64,000 nt of DNA from an uncultured Candidatus Sumerlaeota bacterium (lineage in GTDB: Bacteria > Sumerlaeota > Sumerlaeia > MWCT01 > JAUWMI01): assembly GCA_964454265.1 (NCBI GenBank), contig CAYVXD010000006.1, forward strand, positions 140-64,139, in the 5' to 3' direction. Below the pieces are notes generated by a model. The model did not search any database, had not been told where the DNA came from, and saw only the letters and a list, made by a program, of their open reading frames with translations. A program made the position numbers and the translations under genes. The first letter of the stretch is position 1. Each line of letters opens with the position of its first letter. This document shows positions 18,570 through 25,848 of this stretch, piece after piece.

Positions 18570-19571
18570 CTACCAGCGTTCCATTACAGGTTTGCCGTAA
18601 AGCTCAATGAAATAAGGTTCTTCATTCCTGACATAGTATGCCTCTTTGCCGGCCATGTTCTTTCCAGCCACTTCGCCATGGCGGATAGCGCTGAGCCATC
18701 CGAAATTAATACGATCGAGCTTATTCTTCGGGTCAATTACCTGCGCTACGTCGCCCGCGCAGTAGATATTTGAGACGTTTGTGCGGAGCTGCTCGTCAAC
18801 CACAATGCCTTTATCAACGTTAATCCCGCTCCCTTCGACAAAATCAATATCAGGCCTGAGACCCATGGAGACCACGACGAGATCGCACTCCAGTTCGCGC
18901 CCCTTAGACGTGACGGCGCGATATGACTTACCGTCTACATCAAGGATGTCGTGGAGATGTTCGTCCATTGCCACCTCAATTTGACTGTTGCTCAGGCGAT
19001 TTTTCACCATGTCGGAGTATATACTTGCGATTCCGGTGGTCCAGAAGAGCTCCTGGCTGGTGAGCAGGGTGAGGCGTAAGTTAAGCTTATACAGTGCTCG
19101 GAGAATCTCGATTGCGGTATAGCCTCCGCCAAAGACCACGGCTCGTTTGGCCTGTTTGGCAGCAGCCCGAAGGCGAACTGCATCAGCAGCTGTACGCAAT
19201 AGGAAGAGTTTTTCGCGCTGCCTAACGAGGAGCGGAGTCAGGGCCGGCTTGGCTCCTGTGGCAATCAGCAGGAAATTGAATGAGAGTGTATTGCCGTCAG
19301 AAAAAATCACCCTATTTTGCTCTGGAAGCACTTTGACTGCGCGTTTGCCAGTGAGGATGTTGCAATTGGGGTCGCCCTGGATTTTCTTAAGCGAGCGCCT
19401 GAGGGTGGAGCGCCGGATTTTGCCGGAGATGAAATCCGACAATTCTGGTTTTACGTAAAATGGCTGAGATTCAAATGAAACAAGGGTGATGGTGCCGCTT
19501 GAGTCAAATCTTCGAATGGCCCTTGCCGCGCCTACACCTGCAGCACCGCAGCCAATGATTACGTAATGCAT
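18570..19571 (-). CDS. FAD/NAD(P)-dependent pyridine-nucleotide oxidoreductase (short form, no CxxC)
   Basis: Two dinucleotide-binding motifs, VIIGCGAAGVGAA and VVFGGGYTAIE, plus the YCAGD FAD motif. 333 aa. It sits 40 nt upstream of the peroxiredoxin gene. Confidence 0.75.
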   Translation of the reverse strand: MHYVIIGCGAAGVGAARAIRRFDSSGTITLVSFESQPFYVKPELSDFISGKIRRSTLRRSLKKIQGDPNCNILTGKRAVKVLPEQNRVIFSDGNTLSFNFLLIATGAKPALTPLLVRQREKLFLLRTAADAVRLRAAAKQAKRAVVFGGGYTAIEILRALYKLNLRLTLLTSQELFWTTGIASIYSDMVKNRLSNSQIEVAMDEHLHDILDVDGKSYRAVTSKGRELECDLVVVSMGLRPDIDFVEGSGINVDKGIVVDEQLRTNVSNIYCAGDVAQVIDPKNKLDRINFGWLSAIRHGEVAGKNMAGKEAYYVRNEEPYFIELYGKPVMERW

Positions 19572-19907
19572 AGTGATTTCTCCATTTTTTTGATGCTGAT
19601 TCTAGCTGCCGGAAGCCGATTGTCAATGCAAATGTCGCTGTGCGAGGTAGTCCGTTTGCTCGCTGGCCGTCATTGGAATTGATTGGAGCAAGTGCACTGC
19701 CGCCTTACAGATTCCGGGCTGGTGCATGTGGATGGAAACCCGCTGAGCAGCTGCCAGGGTGACTCTTCTGCGTCAGCAATTAACGCAAATTTTGCAGTTT
19801 AGTTTAAAGAAAGTGACAAGATAATGATGCCAAATACAGAAAAACTATTGCTTAACGGGCAGAAGTCTTTATCTGAAAAGAAGCACAAAAAATGACAAAA
19901 TTGTTAG

Positions 19908-19994
19908 ACAGGATGAACAGGATTAACAGGATAAAAAAATGTAAAGAATCCCGTGAATGCCTAATAAATCCTATTGATCCTGTAAATCCTCTAA
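19908..19994. repeat. Iteron-like array: three direct 9-mers (ACAGGATNN) and three inverted 9-mers (ATCCTNTNN) separated by 33 nt
   Basis: 19908-19934 reads acaggatga acaggatta acaggataa. 19968-19994 reads atcctattg atcctgtaa atcctctaa. The repeat period is exactly 9 bp in an AT-rich context. Confidence 0.85.
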
Positions 19995-20119
19995 AAAATT
20001 GAAAACTGTATTCTGAATTCAAAGAGAAGAAATTGTTCTTTAACGCAAAACCTGGGGTTAAGAACCACACTTTCGATCCGTCTCATGAGCAACTCCGTTT
20101 GTATTACCCATCCCTTTCA

Positions 20120-20166
20120 GTAGGGGCAATTGCGTCTGAGCCGCACAGTTCATGCACTGCACCTAC
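20120..20166. repeat. 47-nt element, copy A (gtaggggcaattgc...cctac)
   Basis: Matches copy B at 22964-23010 at 36 of 47 positions by hand alignment. Its termini can pair with each other. Confidence 0.75.
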
Positions 20167-20281
20167 CTAGGCCCTGTCTTTTGGAGGCATAGTATGCGGT
20201 GCTGGATGCTAATGGGCCTGGGGCGCATATATGAGAGCATCTTGACTCCGGAAATGGCCGCTCAGACTGAGTTTCAACAAG

Positions 20282-20290
20282 TTATCCACA
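20282..20290 (+). promoter_or_regulatory. Perfect DnaA-box consensus TTATCCACA
   Basis: Read directly in the gene-free region. Confidence 0.45.
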
Positions 20291-20551
20291 AGCGTAACCC
20301 CGCAAGAATGAAATGGGCGAAGCACATGGTTTTCTCGTAAATCCTAGGAAGTTATGAAACAAGCTGTTCTGGTTACATTTCAGCTTTCAGGAGATGGACA
20401 ATTGCCATAATTATAGGTAAATGAGTGTTATGGCTTGCGTTATTGGCCAGGGCGATGGAAAAGCGAAAGTAGGTTTGGTGCACATCTGGCGCGGAGCAGA
20501 AGGAAATCAGGGTAGGTGTTCAAGGATTTTGGATTCGTGGTAATCCAGAAT

Positions 20552-20571
20552 TTATCCACAGGTTTTCCACA
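20552..20571 (+). promoter_or_regulatory. Pair of DnaA boxes, TTATCCACA (perfect) and TTTTCCACA (1 mismatch), 11 bp apart start to start
   Basis: Read directly: tTTATCCACAggTTTTCCACAcg. Both are in the same orientation as the box at 20282. Confidence 0.45.
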
Positions 20572-20937
20572 CGTCCTGGACATGGCGTATTCTTGCCGTA
20601 TTAAGGCCAGTGACTCTTTGAGGCGGGACATTTTGATACACATTTGATGCACTTTTTTGTGGCAATGTCTGCCCGCTCCATTTTTTCGCAAACCCGATTA
20701 AAGTGACACGGCTGGCGGAGTTCACAGCCTTGGAATTTTTGCGCGTGGGAGTATTTCGTTTGACATGCATACGCCGATAAAGTAAGAAGTCGTTGTAATG
20801 GATGGCTTAGTACGTTTTACCTGACACGTGAGGAAAATGCAATGAGCCTGAGGCTCACAAAAGTGCACTGTTAGAGATTTTTGCTTCGGCGAGCACGCTA
20901 TATTTTGTAATCTAATTTTGAAAGGAGGGCTTTTAAA

Positions 20938-22959
20938 ATGGAAAGGAATCGTTACCTAGTACCATTACGTCTGTTCGGACAGGTAAGCATCAAGACGCTA
21001 ATTTTAGTATGTTTCTTTCTTTTACCGCTTTTCTGCCTTGTATCCTCAGCCGCAGTGATTACCGTGCCGGGTGATTATTCTACCATTCAAGCAGCGATTA
21101 ACGCTGCCAATGATGGTGATGAAATCATCGTCTCTCCAGGCACTTACCGGAATATCAACTTCATCGGCAAGAACATCATCCTCCGCTCGACTAATCCCAC
21201 AAACCCTACTGTGGTTGCCAACACTATCATTGACGGAAATCAAGACGGCAGTGTGGTTACTTTCTCTGGCACGGAAAATGGATCCTGCGTGCTAACTGGG
21301 CTTACCATCATCAACGGTTTTGCCCAGCTGGGCGGTGGTATCAATGGCAACGGCACTCTGGCTACTATTCAGAACAACGGTATCACAAGCAATACTGTGT
21401 TTGCGTCTTATCCTTATGGTCTTGGTGGTGGGCTCTACGATTGTGACGGCGCCATACTGAACAATGCTATATACGGCAACTCGGCTGGGCGAGGCGGCGG
21501 TCTCTACGATTGCGACGGCACTGTCCAGAATAATGCCATCTTTGGCAACGAAAGTGTCTTTGGCGTTGGCGGGGGACTCAGCTATTGCGATGGCAGCATT
21601 CAGAGCAACATTATTTCAGATAATTGGGCTGATGTTGGCGGCGGGCTTTTTCGTTGCGACGGCATGATCCAAAATAATATCATTTCTGACAACTCGGCTG
21701 ATTGGGGTGGCGGTGTGGAAGATTGCGGCGGCACCATCCAGTACAATACCATCTTTGGCAACTCGGCTCAGCGGGATGGTGGAGGAGTCCGTTACTGTGA
21801 TGGTACCATTCAGTACAATATCATCTCGGGCAACTCTGCTGGTGAACATGGTGGTGGGCTGGACGAGTGCGCCGCCACCGTGCAGAACAATACTATCACT
21901 AGCAATTCGGCTATCCTAGGCGGCGGCGGGTTGGCAAGTTGCAACGGTATTGTCCAGAACAATGCCATCTTTGGCAACTCTGCTAGTGAATCTGGCGGCG
22001 GGCTTCACGGCTGCGATTTCAGGATCAGAAACAATACCATCTACGGCAACTCTGCTGGTCAATCTGGCGGCGGAATTTCCGAGTGCAGCGGCACTATCCG
22101 AAACTGTATTATCTGGCAGAACACCTCTCCAATAGGTGGTCAACTTGATAGTTGCTCATCACCTTCTTACTGCTGCATTCAGGATTGGTCGGGCGGGGGA
22201 GCTGGGAATATCTCTGACGATCCTGAATTGGTTGACCCAGCCAATGGCGATTTCCATCTTCTGCCTGACTCTCCGTGCATTGATGCGGGATGTTTTAGCA
22301 CTGAGCTCACAGAGGATTTTGAGGGTGATCCCAGACCTTGCGATGGCACTTCGGAACTGCGTGGCGATGGCTCGGATTTTGACATTGGCGCTGATGAATA
22401 TTGTGTTGGGCCAATACCTACTCCAACGCCAACGCCCACGCCTGGTCCAACACCAACTCCAATCGCGCCGCCGTATACCTTTAATTTTGATACCGGAGCA
22501 GATGGTTGGACATTTAGCGGCGCAATTATTCCCTTTGATCCACCAGCACAGACATCTTCAGGGGGACATCTCGGGTTAAGCCCGGCTGGTTCGTCGTTAT
22601 GCTTTGGTTTCTGGGATAGCCCGGAAATTCTCGTGCAGAACGGTGTTACATATCGAGCTGAATTCTCCCTTGCAAGTAGCTTATCAACAGGTGAATTGGT
22701 TCCACAGTGTCGTTTGAGATTCTATCAGGTAAACGGCTATGGTTCGGCAACACGTGAAGTCATCAGCGGTGGCGATGGAGGAGGCGCGCCAGTAACTACA
22801 CCTCGCACTTATGATGTACTGTTCACCCCATTACTCTCAGGCGCAGAGGGAACCGTGACACTCAGCTTCGACATTTTGAACTTTGACCCATTTGATGATG
22901 CCAATGCCTGGTTGTATCTCGAATCCGTAACCATTGAGGAGGTGTCGGTTTCTCCGTAA
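20938..22959 (+). CDS. Secreted right-handed beta-helix repeat protein with a PT-linker and a C-terminal CBM-like domain
   Basis: The ATG follows AAAGGAGGG. It has an N-terminal hydrophobic signal/anchor. There are 11 tandem ~23-aa units (GGGL..CDG.IQNN.I.GNSA). These are followed by DPELVDPANGDFHLLPDSPCIDAG, then PIPTPTPTPTPGPTPTPIAPP, then a ~160-aa beta-rich C-terminal domain. Confidence 0.85.
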   Translation: MERNRYLVPLRLFGQVSIKTLILVCFFLLPLFCLVSSAAVITVPGDYSTIQAAINAANDGDEIIVSPGTYRNINFIGKNIILRSTNPTNPTVVANTIIDGNQDGSVVTFSGTENGSCVLTGLTIINGFAQLGGGINGNGTLATIQNNGITSNTVFASYPYGLGGGLYDCDGAILNNAIYGNSAGRGGGLYDCDGTVQNNAIFGNESVFGVGGGLSYCDGSIQSNIISDNWADVGGGLFRCDGMIQNNIISDNSADWGGGVEDCGGTIQYNTIFGNSAQRDGGGVRYCDGTIQYNIISGNSAGEHGGGLDECAATVQNNTITSNSAILGGGGLASCNGIVQNNAIFGNSASESGGGLHGCDFRIRNNTIYGNSAGQSGGGISECSGTIRNCIIWQNTSPIGGQLDSCSSPSYCCIQDWSGGGAGNISDDPELVDPANGDFHLLPDSPCIDAGCFSTELTEDFEGDPRPCDGTSELRGDGSDFDIGADEYCVGPIPTPTPTPTPGPTPTPIAPPYTFNFDTGADGWTFSGAIIPFDPPAQTSSGGHLGLSPAGSSLCFGFWDSPEILVQNGVTYRAEFSLASSLSTGELVPQCRLRFYQVNGYGSATREVISGGDGGGAPVTTPRTYDVLFTPLLSGAEGTVTLSFDILNFDPFDDANAWLYLESVTIEEVSVSP

Positions 22960-22963
22960 ATAT

Positions 22964-23010
22964 GTAGGGGCAATTGCATCTGAGTCCCATAAGTCATGAG
23001 TTGGCCCTAC
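22964..23010. repeat. 47-nt element, copy B
   Basis: Reads gtaggggcaattgcatctgagtcccataagtcatgagttggccctac. It starts 5 nt after the beta-helix gene stop. Confidence 0.75.
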
Positions 23011-23020
23011 AACTCTGTAG

Positions 23021-23112
23021 CTCACGCAAAGGCGCAAAGACGCAAAGAACAGCACGATTAAAGCCTGCACAATTCACCGTAATCTCTTGGCGACTTGGCG
23101 GCTTTGCGTGAG
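23021..23112. repeat. Inverted repeat ctcacgcaaag / ctttgcgtgag enclosing an 8-nt tandem (a/g)cgcaaag x3
   Basis: Arms are at 23021-23031 and 23102-23112, 11 bp and perfect. The tandem octamers are at 23024-23047. Confidence 0.8.
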
Positions 23113-23534
23113 ATTCTTACGTTCCAATTTGCAAGACGAACACCAGGGGTTTGATAAGTCAAACCCCTACCCAATCTGCGAACTAAACTTACGTGCACTC
23201 ACGGACAGGGCTGGCCCGCCTCTGGCGGACTGGCTGCGCAAAACACTTGACAAAGGCTGCCAGGATAGGTTGAAGAAACAGATGAGCAACGTGGTGGAGG
23301 CATATAAATTATTCCTATTTTGTGCGGATTGAGGAGAGACGGGCTAAAAAGCACTATTGAGATGAAGTTTTAACCACTACGTCACAACGTATACGACGGA
23401 AGAATTAACATTATAGTTTCTTGCACTGAAGTCTTAGTGCGCCTGAGGCGCATGCACGTCGTGCCGTCGTGGTATGATATTTCTTTTTATTATACGCTCC
23501 AGGCCAGTCGCAAACACCTTGAGGAGAGAGGCTG

Positions 23535-23852
23535 ATGATACTTGGCAAAGTTGTTGGCACGGTGGTTTCCACGCAGAAAGACGAGGGGCTAAAGGGTTAT
23601 AAGCTGTTAATTGTGCAGTCAGTTGATATGGAAGTTAAGCTTATGGCTAGCTACATCATTGCAGCGGATGCCATCGGGGCTGGGGTGGACGAGATTGTAT
23701 TTGTTGTCACTGGCAGCTCGGCACGTTTGACTGCTAAGACTAAGAATAAGCCTGTGGATGCAGCCGTTGTTGGTATTGTGGATTCTCTGGAAGTGGGGGG
23801 TAAGATTGTGTTTCGAAAGTGCCCAGAGCGCAGTGAGCAGGCAAAGGTGTGA
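23535..23852 (+). CDS. BMC vertex pentamer protein, EutN/CcmL/PduN family (BMC-P), paralog 1
   Basis: N-terminus MILGKVVGTVVSTQKDEGLKGYKLLIVQ, then AADAIGAGVDEIVFVVTGSSAR and VVGIVD. RBS is GGAGAGAGG. It has a short C-terminal extension. Confidence 0.85.
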   Translation: MILGKVVGTVVSTQKDEGLKGYKLLIVQSVDMEVKLMASYIIAADAIGAGVDEIVFVVTGSSARLTAKTKNKPVDAAVVGIVDSLEVGGKIVFRKCPERSEQAKV

Positions 23853-23883
23853 AGTTCTTCGGAGCGAAAGCTAAGGTGGAGAT

Positions 23884-24177
23884 ATGAACATAGCGCGGGT
23901 GATTGGCACAATCGTAGCCACACAGAAGGACGAGGCTTTGGAGACGTGTAAGATCTGCGTGATTCAGCCGCTCGATGCACAGCTCCAGCCGTGCGGTAAG
24001 CCGCTCATTGCCACGGATGCTACGGCGAGCCGTGGGACAGACGAGTTGGTCTATTATGTCACTGGTGGCGATGCAGTACATACAGGACTCAGGGGCGCTC
24101 CAATGCCGGTGGACGCCGGGATTGTGGGGATTGTTGATAATATGGATGTTGATCCCGGGCTTCTGGATCGTATTTAG
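23884..24177 (+). CDS. BMC vertex pentamer protein, EutN/CcmL family, paralog 2
   Basis: N-terminus MNIARVIGTIVATQKDEALETCKICVIQP, with IVGIVD. RBS is AAGGTGGAG. Confidence 0.85.
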   Translation: MNIARVIGTIVATQKDEALETCKICVIQPLDAQLQPCGKPLIATDATASRGTDELVYYVTGGDAVHTGLRGAPMPVDAGIVGIVDNMDVDPGLLDRI

Positions 24178-24208
24178 GGGTTCAGGGAGCTTGCTGCGGC
24201 ACTTTAGG

Positions 24209-24236
24209 GTAGGGGTTCAACATGTTGAACCCCTAC
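24209..24236. repeat. 28-bp perfect palindrome gtaggggttcaacatgttgaacccctac
   Basis: Read directly, between EutN paralogs 2 and 3. Confidence 0.9.
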
Positions 24237-24282
24237 AAAAGCGGCAGCCGAGTTACTGCTTCTGTGACACAGAGGTGATAAG

Positions 24283-24597
24283 ATGTATCTTGCGCTCGTG
24301 CTGGGAAAGGTGATCTCAACGGTCAAGTACGAAGCGTATGAGGGCCGCAAGCTGCTGGTGGTGCAGAAGCTTTCGCTGGAGCGCAAGTCCGTAGGCTTAC
24401 CGACGATTGCGATTGACTACGTGGATGCAGGCGAGGGAGACATTGTGATCGTCGGGGCAGCGCCGGGCCTCGCGTCCACGGTGTTTGGCATTCCCAAAGC
24501 GCCAATCCGCGAGCTGGTAATGGGTGTTGTTGATCATGTTGATATCGCCGGCGCACCATCGTGGCAAATCCCACCCGAAACAATTCCTTCCACCTAA
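24283..24597 (+). CDS. BMC vertex pentamer protein, EutN/CcmL family, paralog 3 (most divergent)
   Basis: N-terminus MYLALVLGKVISTVKYEAYEGRKLLVVQ, then DAGEGDIVIV and VMGVVD. RBS is AGAGGTGA. Confidence 0.75.
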   Translation: MYLALVLGKVISTVKYEAYEGRKLLVVQKLSLERKSVGLPTIAIDYVDAGEGDIVIVGAAPGLASTVFGIPKAPIRELVMGVVDHVDIAGAPSWQIPPETIPST

Positions 24598-24992
24598 CCG
24601 TGATGTTCTATTCTTGACAGAGGCCTTTGTTCCAGGCCTGTCATACCCAGCGATCCTATGATTTCTGGTTCTTTGCCACAATAGTCAGTTGAGAGAAAAA
24701 CTGGGACAAAGGTATACACCTTTTAGCATTAGGGTTGGCAGAAAAACTATTAAACAGGTGCTCTTTCCAATATCCCAAAGAAGATATGGGAACAAAATTG
24801 TCGTTTTGCAAGGATATGCTGTCGAGCTTATATCTATCTATGAACGATTGCTCGGTACATATTAGACTGCGACGAGACAATAGATACGCCCATGGACAAT
24901 ACTTGAAACTTAGAGTCATGTAGTTATATTTGGATCCTTAACTTGCCAACTGACTAAACTGACAAAGTCCCCCGATAATACCCGTTATCCAC

Positions 24993-25053
24993 TTGACAAC
25001 CCAGGGGCCGGCCTATTATGATTATATCAATTGTACTGGACGGTATAATCATA
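24993..25053 (+). promoter_or_regulatory. Putative promoter with an overlapping inverted-repeat operator for the toxin-antitoxin operon
   Basis: TTGACA is at 24993-24998 and TATGAT at 25017-25022, with 18-nt spacing. The inverted repeat is TATGATTATA (25017-25026) / TATAATCATA (25044-25053). It lies about 45 nt upstream of the antitoxin ATG. Confidence 0.45.
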
Positions 25054-25098
25054 TTAAAGTTGTGCGGCTTAGGTATGTAAGACGGGAGGGGTATAAAA

Positions 25099-25371
25099 AT
25101 GCTAAAAAAAATTACCGCTAAAGAAATGCGAGTGCGGCTGGGTGAGGTGATGGATCAGGTGCGGCTCAAAGGTGACCGGTTTATTGTCGAACGTAACGGT
25201 CGGCCAATGGCAGCCGTAGTGCCTTTGGAAGTCAATGAGGCCTATGAACGCGACCGAGAGTACTTTTTTCAGTTAATTCGCACTATTCAGCAGAAGAGCG
25301 CTAAGGTCCCTCTTAGGCAGGTGGAAAAAGACGTTGCTAAAGCGGTTGCTGAAGTACGGAGGAAGGTATGA
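25099..25371 (+). CDS. Type II antitoxin, Phd/YefM family
   Basis: 90 aa. The N-terminus ITAKEMRVRLGEVMDQVRLKGDRFIVERNGRPMAAVVPLE is typical of Phd/YefM. RBS is GGGAGGGG. It has a 4-nt overlap with the downstream PIN gene. Confidence 0.8.
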   Translation: MLKKITAKEMRVRLGEVMDQVRLKGDRFIVERNGRPMAAVVPLEVNEAYERDREYFFQLIRTIQQKSAKVPLRQVEKDVAKAVAEVRRKV

Positions 25372-25796
25372 TCTATGCTGTCCTCGACACGAATGTGATT
25401 GTTAGTGCAATTCTTACCCCAAAGTCGCCACCAGGTCGAATTATGAAGGCCTGGGAAGATCGCTTGTTCCAGCTTTGTCTTTCCGAGACTCTTTTTTCTG
25501 GAATTAAGCAAGTCTTGTCGCGGCCCTGGCTAGTCAAGAAATACCACATTTTACCAGAACAGCGGAAACAGCTGCTCTGGCGACTTCGACGCTTTTCTCA
25601 TTTTGTTTCTAACCTGCCTAAGCTAAAGCCGGTAATAAGAGAAGATCCCGCTGACGACGTCATTCTAGCCACGGCGATAGCCTCTGGAGCAGAAGTTATT
25701 GTCTCAGGAGACAAACATCTTCAAGAACTTAAAGAATACCGCAGGATAGGTATTATATCTCCTAAAGATTTTCTGGAAATAATAAAGCGGCTCTGA
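25368..25796 (+). CDS. PIN-domain toxin (putative RNase)
   Basis: 142 aa. N-terminus is MIYAVLDTNVIVSAIL. Acidic residues occur in SETLF and in DDVILATAIASGAEVIVSGDKHL. Confidence 0.8.
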   Translation: MIYAVLDTNVIVSAILTPKSPPGRIMKAWEDRLFQLCLSETLFSGIKQVLSRPWLVKKYHILPEQRKQLLWRLRRFSHFVSNLPKLKPVIREDPADDVILATAIASGAEVIVSGDKHLQELKEYRRIGIISPKDFLEIIKRL

Positions 25797-25848
25797 AAAC
25801 CCTCGAAATAATGGACCCCCAAGTGGGTATTTTAGCTACTAACAATTT

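Noticed and set aside
19852-20770. ORFs 19852-20070, 20152-20340, 20440-20691 and 20552-20770 in the gene-free region
   Set aside because: All are short and mutually overlapping, or span the 9-mer repeats and DnaA boxes. None has a Shine-Dalgarno sequence or a recognisable family, so the region is treated as non-coding.
19572-25848. Calling the beta-helix / EutN / toxin-antitoxin stretch a genomic island or mobile element
   Set aside because: No integrase, transposase, tRNA target or clear terminal inverted repeats are present. The compositional difference is judged only by eye. It is reported as a low-interest finding about the 47-nt direct repeats instead.
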